A stretch of 64,000 bases of DNA, taken from the NCBI RefSeq assembly GCF_006345805.1, contig NC_042998.1, positions 128,712,001-128,776,000 on the forward strand, in the 5' to 3' direction. Both the position numbers and the translations under genes were made by a program. Source of the DNA: Octopus sinensis (lineage: Eukaryota). The notes under the pieces were generated by a model, which was given only the letters and a program-made list of their open reading frames with translations, did not search any database and was not told where the DNA came from. Shown piece by piece: positions 53,332 to 64,000 of this stretch; the first letter of the stretch is position 1; each line of letters opens with the position of its first letter.

Positions 53332-53861
53332 CTTGACACTCTGTCGGTTACGACGACGAAGGCTCCAGTTGATCCGATCAATGGAACAGACTGCTTGTGA
53401 AATTAATGTGCAAGTGACTGAGCACTCCACAGACACGTAGTTCTCGGGGAGATTCAGCTTGACACAGAGTGTGACAAGGCTAGCCCTTTAAAATACATGT
53501 ACAGCGGAAACAGGAAGAAAGAGTGAGAGAAAATCGTGGTGAAAGAATGCAGTAGGGTTTGCCACCACCCCCTGCCAAAGCCTCGTGGAGCTTCAGGTGT
53601 TTTCACTCAATAAACACTCACAACGCCCAGTGTGAGAATCAAAATCGCGATCCTACGACTGCAAATCCGCTGCCCTAACCACTGGGCCATTGCACCTCCA
53701 CATAGAAACATACCCCCCCCCCTGCCAAAGCCTCGTGGCGCTTCAGGTGTTTTCCCTCAATAAACACTCACAACGCCCAGTGTGAGAATCAAAACCACGA
53801 TCCTACGACTGCAAATCCGCTGCCCTAACCACTGGGCCATTACACCTCCACATAGAAACAT
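53332..53861 (-). mobile_element. tRNA-derived SINE with 12-bp target-site duplication and a 150-bp tandem duplication of its head
   Basis: acatagaaacat at 53320, 53700 and 53850. Head ggaggtgcaatggcccagtggttagggcagcgga. Confidence 0.9.
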
Positions 53862-54301
53862 ACCACCACCACCAGCATTAAACCAAATCCTATTAAACAT
53901 TTGCACTTAACTATGTTTATATCTACACACCATTCTGGTAAGTTAGGTTATTTCAGCTAATGAAACCAATTTTATAGTTCAAATGTGTTTTGTGTTTTCT
54001 TTTTCTGTCAGAGTGTTTGGTTAGTATTGTTAGTCAATGCAATAAAAATTCAAAGCAGCAAAGTTCTTACAAACTCACTTATTTAGAATAGTTTAATTTA
54101 AGATTTATGATATTATATATAGGACAGCAGATGGAAAATTTGTAAAGTGTCAAGAAAAATACTTGGTGTGTTTGGCTTTGACTTTTTGACATTCTGTGTT
54201 CAAATCCTACCCAAGTCCGCTTCACCATTCATGCTTCTCAGGCCAGTTATATAATTGCCGGTTGATAAAAGGAGCATGAGAGGTGGGGATACTGCCTATG
54301 T

Positions 54302-54608
54302 AATAATTGTTTGTTCCTTTTCAAGCCATGCTTCGCTCATAAGAGCCAGTTTCCTGGTTTCCTTGGCGTATAGGTTCCCCACCTGGACGGGACACCGGTC
54401 CGTCGCAGGTGAGCTGCTAGTTGCAGCAGGAAAGAGTGAAAGAAAATTGTGGTGAAAGAGTCAGCAGAAGTTTGCCATTACCTTCTGCTGGAGCCACGTG
54501 GAGCTTAGGTGTTTCACTCATAAACACACATCGCCCGGTCTGAGATTCGAACCCGCGATCCCTCGACTGTGTGTCCGCTGCTCTAACCACTAGGCCATGT
54601 GCCTCCAC
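54302..54608 (-). mobile_element. tRNA-derived SINE, third tail variant
   Basis: Head ggaggcacatggcctagtggttagagcagcgg...gggttcgaatctc. Tail cctgcgacggaccggtgtcccgtccagg. Confidence 0.88.
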
Positions 54609-55002
54609 TTATATAATAATTATATCCTAGTTATTTTAGGGATCAACCCAGTTAATTTGAAATGATTGATCAGCACAGTAAAATAGTTATACAAAAATGA
54701 CTGAAGTTGGTGAAAAAATTAAAGAATATATAAATGAATGAATCAAGATGTTAAGAGCACTATAATTTGCATAGAAATAAATGTTCTAAGGTACAGAATT
54801 AAATTTCTAAGACAGAAGCAAAAAAAAAAACAGTTTGGGTTGGTACCTGGGTAAGGAGAGTTCTTCAATATGATTCTTTTCTCAGCCAAGCAAAGTCTCC
54901 ACATCCTACATAACAAAATATGCCTTGCTACTTCTCTCTCTCTCTCTCTCTCTAGATGAATCCTACTTATATTGGAAATGTAATACATATATGTATATAT
55001 AT

Positions 55003-55300
55003 ATCATCATCATCATCATCATCATCATCGTCGTTTAACATCCATTTTCCATGCTAGCATGGGTTGGACGGTTTTGACTGAGGGCTGGCAACCAGATGGC
55101 TGCACCAGGCTCCAGTCTTGATCTGGCAGAGTTTCTACAGCTGGATGCCCTTCCTAACGCCAACCACTCCGAGAGTGTAGTGGGTGCTTTTTACGTGCCA
55201 CCTGCACGGATGCCAGTCAGACGGTACTGGCAATGACCTTGCTCGAATCTTTTACACGTGCCACCGACACGGGTGCCAGTGAAGCGACGTTGGTAACGAT
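55003..55300 (-). mobile_element. RTE 3' tail
   Basis: (cat)n-gtttaac.tcc..tttccatgctagcatgggttgg...ggatgcccttcctaacgccaaccactc. Similar copies at 36381-36625 and 62650-62800. Confidence 0.85.
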
Positions 55301-56181
55301 CAGTGTGTGTGTGTATATATATATATAGTCAAATTGAACATTAAAAACTGAACATTAACAATTGATCATTAAAAATAACAATAACAAGACAAGAGGGCAT
55401 ACATATGGAATGTGTTAGCTTCACACTCAGTAAAGGTTGGAAAAAAAGTGAGTTTTTAGTGTTTCAAGCATAGCATTCTGTCAGAAGGAGGAGAAAGGAT
55501 ATTCTTAATCAAATATATTATTGGCCATGACTTTGAAGTTTTGGCCAGCTAAGCTGTTGTTGGACTGCAATGAATTGAAAGTTAATCTTGGCTCTGTTGA
55601 GTTAAAATCTTCCTTAGGTATGTCAGTTTGAATGGAGCAGTAATTTGGTTGTAGGGTGGGTTGTAACAGAAAGGTGTTTTCAAAAATTTTTATTGATTAA
55701 ATTTAGGTTATAGTATTTTTTATAATTTATTCATGTATGTAAAACTTTGTGAACAGATGTGTATATTTAGGTGTGTTCCCTTCAGGTCATAGGTTTGCTT
55801 TTTAGTTGTTCACCAAAAGGATGTAGGTAGGTCTAGGATGTGCCAGCTATTTTAGTTATTTCGGGTTTTATTAGTTCAAAGTTTAGTCTAGTATTTAAAA
55901 ACTTAGCAATTGGTTGTGTAATGGAATTTTTGAAGAGTTCACAAAAGAATGTGAGTAGGTATACATTCTGACTGACAGGTGACGATCGTTTAGAGAATGC
56001 GTGGGCTAAGACTACGCGCCTTCATTGGTCAGTTAAAGTTGAGACAGTGTCACGTGACAACTTGCTGGGGCTGCCTGCTGGAGCCTAGCAGCAGGTATTT
56101 AAAGGGAAAAGATTTGACGCTCATTGGCGCTACATTGAAGAGGCCAAGGAACAGAAGAAAGAAGACATGCACCCAACACCA

Positions 56182-56320
56182 GAGCTGAAGACACCTCTGA
56201 AACAGTCAAAACAGTAGAGGAGTTGGGGTCGAAACCAGACGTGGTTCCTCCTGATGATGTCTTGAGCTAACTGGATCCTATAAAGGAGCTGTTGTGGTAG
56301 CAGACCACGAAACATGGTTG
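56182..56320 (+). ncRNA. Two adjacent degenerate hammerhead-like motifs
   Basis: gag-CTGAAGA-cacc...ggtc-GAAA-cca[gacg]tgg-TTC-ctc, immediately followed by CTGATGA...agaccac-GAAA-catggt. Confidence 0.5.
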
Positions 56321-56444
56321 AAATTCCCCAGCTGATCAGTTTCTTTAGCTGTTGTTGTTACCTAGGTAATTCCTGTTTATATTTAGATGGTTGTGGTTAT
56401 TAGTCTGGCCTGTCATTGTGTTGTTAGTATAGAAATTTGTTTTC

Positions 56445-56990
56445 CTGGGTCTCCCACTTCCACATGTTCCATCTATTTTGAGAGATCAGCACTTCTTTAT
56501 AGAGCTGTCAGCATCCATTTGCATGACATGACCAAACCAGCACAGTTTTCTCTCTTGTATACAGTAACTAATTTCTCTTATGCCTAACTTCTCTCTCAAA
56601 ATACTAGCACTCTGTTGAACAGGTATACATACATAACACATCCAACAGAGCATACTAGCCTCATTTCTTTCTAACCTTCACATGTCCTCTGCATTCAGGG
56701 CCCATGTCTCACTACCATGCAGAATTACGCATCATACAATCTTCTTTTCACTTGGACAGAGAAGCTTTCCGTGACCAAATCTCTTAATTTCCGCCATCTT
56801 ACTTTTATTCTAGGTATCACACCCTCCATGCATCCTACTCCACTACTAATTTGGTTCCCTAGGTAGCAGAAATTATCTACTACCTCTAATGAGCCACCAG
56901 GGCATTTTAGAGAATCAATCTCCTGAGTCTCTAAAGTTTAAATAGATCCTGTGCATCCTCCAAATACGAAAACTATCTTCACTGACAGCC
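56445..56990 (-). mobile_element. Degenerate RTE RT C-terminal fragment
   Basis: Minus strand [24 protein letters not shown] and LCWFGHV. Confidence 0.75.
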
Positions 56991-59679
56991 TTTTAAATAT
57001 GTAAAAATGTTAAATGGGCTCACAAAGCTTAGCCACTGAACCATTGTGATACCAAATGAATATTTTGCATTCCTTCAGAATATGCAAGCCAAATTAACCA
57101 AGAAGTTATTCTCAATCTGCCACTCATTGCAATTATACAATGTGTCCTGCTACTCCCAGGGTGAACCAAAGAAGGCTTTCAATATGGTAGTTGTCAAGCC
57201 TAATAGAAATAGTAATAAAATTTTCTACAAATCACATACTATCCTTAAAAAAAAAAAAAAAAAAAAATAAGGACACATCAGTTGATGTGGTTCTTGGATG
57301 CAGAATGTTAGAGATCAAGATGGAATGGTTACAGATTCAAATTCCTTGTATCATAGGTCATTTTGATCAGGGATGACCCAGGAGTAAACAACAGCAAGGA
57401 TGATGATGATGGTGATGACACTACCACCAATGTTGCTACTGCTGACAGTAACTCTGATGATGATGATGATGACGATGACAACAGCACCACCACCAACAAC
57501 ATTAACAGCAACAAATGGCAACAATAATTTCTACTTATTTACAAAAAGGTGGACTTTGCACATATTTACCTCTTTATTCTTTTATCTGTTCTAGTCACTG
57601 GACTGTGGCCATGCTGGAGCACTGCTTTGAAGGGCTGTAGTCAATCATATTGACCCCCTTCACTACTTATTTTAAAATCTAATACTTAATTTAGCAATCA
57701 TTTTTTAGTTGCATCACTGGGTTACAGGACATGCACACAACCATTAATTTTTCAAACCATAGTAACACAAACACAACAGACATAGAGACAGAACACACAG
57801 ACACATACACACACATATATATATGCATACATACATACATACATCATACATAAATGATGGGCTTCTGCACATTTTCCATCTCCCAGTTTCACTCACAAAA
57901 CACTGGTTAGCTCAAGGCTATAGTAGAAGTTCCTTATCCTAGATGCCATGCAATAGGACAGGATCTGGGACCACATGAAGTAGAGTAAAACCCATAAACC
58001 TTATAAGTCCTACTGAAGTTGATTTATAGTTTAAACAACCATAGCTCAATATATCTTACTTTGTTTTTTTATATGTAAACGAGAGAAAGACAAACAGGAA
58101 GTGATAGTAGTAGAGAGACAAGTGTGAGAGACAATATGGTAGAGAGGAAGAGGATGGAAGGATGATACAAGTAGAACACACATTTTCAGTTCAAGTGAGA
58201 AATGGCAGTCATAGCAGAGATAGAGAAATGATAGTAAATTTCTGGACAGAAGTATTCTTATTAAGTCTACTGACGTTTTTTGTCCTGAATTTGGTTGAGA
58301 ATGTTATATTGGTGACTGTTTTGTCACATGTATGAGAAGTACCCTGAAATGGGATGTAATGGTGCCTTGTTGAAAGTAAGGGCCATGAAGAGTTAAATCT
58401 TCAGGTCATGGCCATTATACCGAACTGGTATTGATGTATAAATCGTCAACATCCAAACCAGTAAGGTCAGCTACTTACTCAACCAGCTGTGCAGTACTTT
58501 AATATATCTATATATTGATTCGTAGACATACTGGTCCTATATCTGGGTGTATATACAAAGGAATGCTGTGATAAAATAATGATTATATACAGAAAAAAAC
58601 AAAACATTTTTAAAATCATTTCCCCTTACGTAATAACATTCTTGCAATTCAAAATTCACCTAATTTATAATTTTATTTGAATACACGAATTTATTTGAAT
58701 TGTTGAATCAACAATTTTTTAAATAGTGGTATATGATTGCACTTATGTATTTGTCACTATTGATTTATATGTTCTTATCAATGAGCGAATCTTAGGTAAA
58801 CAGACTTTTTCTTATACACTGAAAAACAAAAACAAAATCTCCAACAACTACATAATGATAAATTGGACTGACAAGGGTTTTTTTTTGTACAAATCTGGTT
58901 TAGTATATTTGATGCATGACAGCTACCATGACACATGTGAGCAGTGTTTCCTGGAAAATTGTACAAGGTGATATAAATTTAACTTTTATTTTAAAGCCTT
59001 TTTTTTGTCTACTAGTGCAGCAGAGTGTAAAAGTTATTTTTACTTGCTTCAACATGATGTAGCACAAGAGATGAAATAGCATTTCATGAAAGTTTGAAGA
59101 CATTTCCCCAAAAGGTTTGCATAAAATCAAATCATTGGCTGTTAATTTCAGTGCCTTTGAATCTAATAAGTCTTGTTTATAATGAATTTATAATATAATA
59201 TGAGAATAAGAGTGTATAATATGTCTGTTGATATTGTTTAGCATTGTGTAAGACCTAAATAAATTGACTTATTATCACTATGATCAAAAGCAATCAAGCT
59301 TTTATCTTTTTTTTTTCCCATTTTCAGGCACATGTATCTAGGACCATATTAGCCAATGTACACTTCTTCCTTTTGAAACAGTAGAGTGGTATTTAAGAGA
59401 GATTTAACAGCTATTTCTTGAAAACTGAACGACCATGTATAAGCTCTCTTGTCACATGTTAATTTTAAGTATTTCTAACTCATTGTATACATTTGATTTT
59501 GGTTGTTTTCTAAACAGAAGATCATTATCTGAATTTTTAGATAGAGATAGGGCCTATGAGAGAAATTCTGCAAAGCGAAACAAGACTGCTTTCTGGCCCT
59601 GGAAGGTTGGAGGTGGGGGTGGGGTCTTTGCAAAAACACCAAAGAGGGCCAAGAATTGTCCAGGTAAGCCCTTGGATGG

Positions 59680-60010
59680 AGGGAGTGCTTCAATATAATT
59701 CATTTCTCAACTAGTCTGCATCTACTGCTGTTGAGGTAGGTTCTACATTTTTCTGGCAGTCTCCACTTCATATTATACTGTATGGCATTTTATTTCATTA
59801 TCCATATATGCCTCACCAATCTTGTTTCATCTTTCCTGGATATTAAACAAAGACTTGTGGTTAATTAACCTGGTCTTAAAGGGGCCTTCTGTCATGTCCA
59901 TATATTTCTGTATATTTGGCACCCTCTAGGATCTTTTGAGCTTACCTCTACCTCATAAACGACAGTTTCTGTATTATATTAACCATTTAGTGGGCATGTA
60001 GTGTTACTGC
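59680..60010 (-). pseudogene. PLE-type GIY-YIG endonuclease relic
   Basis: Minus strand TCPLNG*..VVYEVEV..KYMDMTEGPFKTRLINHKSLF..HIWIMK..YNMKW..CRTY..CRL. Confidence 0.8.
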
Positions 60011-60017
60011 CAATCTA

Positions 60018-60250
60018 AGGCAGCGAGCTGACAGAAACGTTAGCACGCTGGGCGAAATGCTTAGCAGTATTTCGTTAGCCGCTATGTTCTGAGTTCAAAT
60101 TCTGCCGAGGTTGACTTTGCCTTTCATCCTTTCGGGGTCGATAAATTAGGTACCAGTTACGCACTAGGGTCAATATAATCGACTTAATCCGTTCGTCTGT
60201 CCTTGTTTGTCCTCTCTGTGTTTAGCCCCTTGTGGATAGTAAAGAAATAG
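60018..60250 (+). mobile_element. SINE with central gcctttcatcctttcggggtcgataaa block
   Basis: Head aggcagcgagctgacagaaacgttagc and B-box-like gagttcaaattc. Same family as 11277-11728, with partial copies near 5400, 11850, 42110 and 52790. Confidence 0.88.
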
Positions 60251-61299
60251 GTATGTTGAATAGATGGTTGCAGTATTTCTTCAAGCTCTTTGTATTCTGA
60301 GTTCAAATTCCATCATGCCCAACTGGGATAGTAGACTTACTCCTTTTCCTGGTTTAACACCACCACCACCACTTGGCACCTTCAATATCTTTTGCAGAGT
60401 CTACTATCTTGCTAGCATTTGGGCCAGGTTTCCAGTTTGAGTCTACCTTCCTCCCATGAGTCTCCAGAGGCCCAGTAATGGGTCATGAGCGCTGCTACTA
60501 AAAGATAAAAATAAAATCTAACAGTTTAAGATTAAATCTATTGTTGGTGAATGGTGATTCAGCTGTGACTCAGGTTTCATAAAATGATAATAGCCAATCA
60601 AACATATTGATCATAATGGTCAATGCGTAACAGATATCGGTCACTTCTCAAATGTGTACATATACAAAGGAATTTTTATATGTACACACCTACACACTGA
60701 CGCAAATAGATAGAGATGTATTTTATCACTTCTTATAAAAAAAAATCAAGAACTATGCTGCTGACGTTTTTCATGACCTGCAAAACTTATAAGGTAGGTA
60801 TTTATAAAGAGACAATGATACAAAGGTTGCTGAAGTACAAAGTAGAGTATCAGAAGGCTGAATTGTCCTCAAACATGAGTGACCTCATCAAAATACTTGC
60901 AACATGGGTGAACTTTACTAAAGATGCTTAAGGATCAGGTGGTGTTAAACTAAGCAATAGATTAAGTATATACAATAACAAGCATAATCCATCCAAGTGT
61001 TAAAAGACACTGACTCAAGGAGTTGGATTGAATCCATAACCATTAGTGTTGTTGATAAGCTCCAGGGAAAACAGATAAGTGAATTGGGCCTAATTCCCAG
61101 TTGTAGTTTTGCCAATTCTGATAATGTCTTTGAGAAAGTATAAACATGATAATTGCTTCTCTCTTAGCAATGAATTCAATAGGGTTGCTCTTCTCTATAT
61201 TGATGATTACCTCTCATCTCAACATTACCTTTTTTTTTAATATTTACTGAGTCAAGAGGAAAGGGCAGAGCTCTTGCTGACTCTCTAAGATTCATGAGC

Positions 61300-61620
61300 T
61301 TGATACTGTTACTATTCCATTTAAGCTGTTACAAGTCAATGTTGCAGAGAAGACAGGTGCAGGGTGGAAATTCCAGAGACCTGATGTTCTGTGGAAGAAA
61401 GATTGGACATAGTCATTAGTGTGGAGGAAGCAACAAATATAAAGAGAAGTGGAGTGACCAATGGGTCTGGGAGCACTTGAGTGACAGAGCTACAAAACTA
61501 GCCAGTTCTGATGAGCAGAAACTGTTTTAATAATGATAGAAAAGAGAGGAGACAGTATAGCTGTGGGGCAGAGGCTGGAGTTTCTTCATAAGTGATGGAA
61601 TGCCAGTCACCCAAATTACT
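61300..61620 (-). mobile_element. Old L2/CR1-group LINE 3' fragment
   Basis: Minus strand LSSLFYHY*NSFCSSELA...SFFHRTSGLWN. Confidence 0.6.
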
Positions 61621-63129
61621 CTTCTCTTACATAATCATTTAACCTGCTAGAAATAACAGCTAAGTCTCTCTCAAGCTATACTAATCTAAGAAAATGGAAG
61701 GACATAGCATGTTGTACATACAGTCAGAGAATTATATCTGGAAAAACTTGATTCAAATTCAGATATTTTGTCATGTCGCTGAACTAGCTACATGCCTTAA
61801 TTCTTATAGCAACTGAAAGTATACACCAAATCTACAGAGAATGTCAACTGTAAAATTAAATCTTAATCTAGAGATGAGCACTGGGTTTATGAGCTCAAGG
61901 TAACTATCGGATAAGTTATAATTTATTATACCTGTATCTATACACACAGATTCATATCATATCTTTGTCTTTCAATGTTTCCAATATCTTTCAAATGTCT
62001 TAACATTTGTTGCAGACCCTTGTTATCTCCATCATGAGGTTTAGCTTTCAACAATTCTTTGTTGGTTTTCTTCTTTTGCAGGTTCCATCTATTTGCATCA
62101 CTTGATTTTTTACCCAACTGTCATTCTTCGATTGCATTGTAGTATCTCTATATTGTATAATAATAATGAAATTACTGTGAATAGTGCTCAGAACACTTTT
62201 CTCTTACACACTACATACGATTCCTCTTATACCTAGTTTTTCTCTCAGCTAACCTGCACTTCATTCTTCATGCACACTTAACATTACACAACTTGAGGAG
62301 CAGACTTGCTTTATTCCTTTCCAACTTTCAATACTCACATTTCACCACCAAACAATATTGCACCTTATTCACAAACATCATGTAATGCCTTTCACTTTGA
62401 GAGAATCTCTTTGCTACCAACTAAACAGCTCCCTGAACTTTCACTCAGTCCTAACTCTGCATGTTTACTCTCAGAATGCCCCATAGTGTTAATCAGGTCA
62501 TTGAGGTAACAGAGACTGTCAATTTGCCTGTGATCCCACTGCATATCTCTTGAACCAATACTTTGCCCCGAGTATACAGTATAGAGTTCCTACTCCTTTT
62601 CTGAATATCAAGTATGACTATTTCCCAGCAGTATTCTCTCTTTTGTATTTCATCATCATCGTTTAACGTCCGCTTTCCATGCTAGCATGGGTTGGACGAT
62701 TTGACTGAGGGCTGGCGAACCAGATGGCTACACCAGGCTTCAATCTTGATCGGGCAGAATTTCTACAGCTGGATGCCCTTCCTAACACCAACCACTCCGA
62801 TTTCTGTTATTTTCCAGCCTACAAGCAACATAATAAATAATGTAAACATTCAAACATCATCACTACCTTTCCAAATCCTGCTGCATTTCACATGGAATTT
62901 TTGATCCTCCAAAGTTGTCTAGATCTATAAATCAACCTACCTTTTTAGGCTATGAATTTTGGCCTGAAAAATTTGACTTGTATGCTGGAAAATATGGTAG
63001 GTGTACTTTTAAGGTATTTCAATTCTGGGCCCCACTTTCACATTAGTAATTTTTCTTTAATTTGTTCACTGATTCAAGAATGAGAACTAGGTAGCTAGCA
63101 TACTGGAATACATTTGGATAACTAGTCTT

Positions 63130-63400
63130 GAGCTCCTCTGCTATAATAAACAGGAGGAAGCTGAGGAGTGAGCTTTAAGGATCACCTACCTGCATGTTCA
63201 ATTCCTCATTCAATTCATTGCTAACTCTCACCTGGCTGCCAACACCCTTCTGTATAGCTAGTCTGACACTCATAAGTCATTCATCTGCATCCAGATTCCT
63301 TGGTGACCATCAGACTACTAAACATGATACTCTGTCAAAGGTTTTCTTCAGGCCAATGAATACAAGATACAGGGATTTGCATTTTTTTAAAAACTTCTAA
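63130..63400 (-). mobile_element. Degenerate RTE RT fragment
   Basis: Minus strand LYLVFIGLKKTFDRVS..VRV..VGDP*SSLLSFLLFII, corresponding to the DLEKAFDRV and VGVHQGS motifs. More RTE debris at 62060-62640. Confidence 0.7.
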
Positions 63401-63579
63401 TCTCAGTAACCCATCTGACCATCTCACTGAAGCTAATTTACACACACACACACACATTGTTAATTTGTTTCATGTGTTTTCTTCATGCTAACTTGAATTA
63501 GATGAAGACATTGTTTAGGCATTTTAGAGACATGAAATAGTTCTAATGGATTTTGACATGCACAAAAAAAAAAAAAAAT

Positions 63580-63850
63580 CAAGGTCTAAAATCTTTTAAG
63601 AGTATCACTCACAGCTGTACTGCAGTACTTTCGGAGAGGAAAAAAGTCTGGTAAAATTCACCTACCGAAAGCCATGTACCATACCCAAATTTCCAATGGC
63701 AAATAGTTATCTTGAGTGGCACAAAAGCACCCGCAACAATATTGTCACATGCATCTAATAATGCTATAAAGCAGCTATAATAAATAATTGGTGGAATTCT
63801 AGTTTAAGTACGCTATATAACATCTCATAACTTTTTTATTTTCTGGGATT
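63580..63850 (-). pseudogene. Possible decayed class A GPCR fragment (TM2-TM3)
   Basis: Minus strand RIPP..FIALLDACDNIVAGAFVPLKI..WKFG..FYQTFFLSESTAV, then after a 1-nt shift SCE*Y. Motif order is LxxxD, P at +9, WxFG, SxERY. Confidence 0.35.
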
Positions 63851-64000
63851 TTTAGATGTTTTCATATTAGTTTTCTACACAGGGGAATTTATATGATTAT
63901 GAAGAAAAAAACTTCTTTGTAACTTTTCAAAATTTTTCCTTAAATCAGAACTTAAAATACAGACAGTCCTTTTTTTTGCTTAAGTCCCAGTAGACTGTTA

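Overview
AT-rich eukaryotic window made almost entirely of repeats, with no intact host gene. The repeat content (long (TA)n/(CA)n/(GATA)n tracts, several tRNA-headed SINE families, RTE LINE pieces ending in (TGA)n) looks like a coleoid cephalopod such as Octopus; this is an inference from remembered repeat families, not a database hit. Recognisable coding remnants: a long-ORF CR1-type LINE (48.2-50.3 kb), a full-length degenerate Tc1, two mariner relics, R4/Dong-type and RTE reverse transcriptase (RT) fragments, and three Penelope-like (PLE) GIY-YIG/RT relics. There are also non-autonomous Helitrons and MITEs. The most notable signal is a dense set of self-cleaving-ribozyme-like folds. About ten type I hammerhead motifs occur, several with palindromic stem III and unusually long stem II, and two sit inside 326-bp and 429-bp direct repeats (retrozyme-like). 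A candidate HDV-like ribozyme lies exactly at the 5' edge of an RTE-derived non-coding element. The 24-31 kb region holds a strand-switching 243-bp array derived from a PLE terminal repeat, plus interlocked inverted duplications that may be partly an assembly artefact. A possible decayed class A GPCR fragment lies near 63.6-63.8 kb. Coordinates were read by eye and may be off by a few bases.
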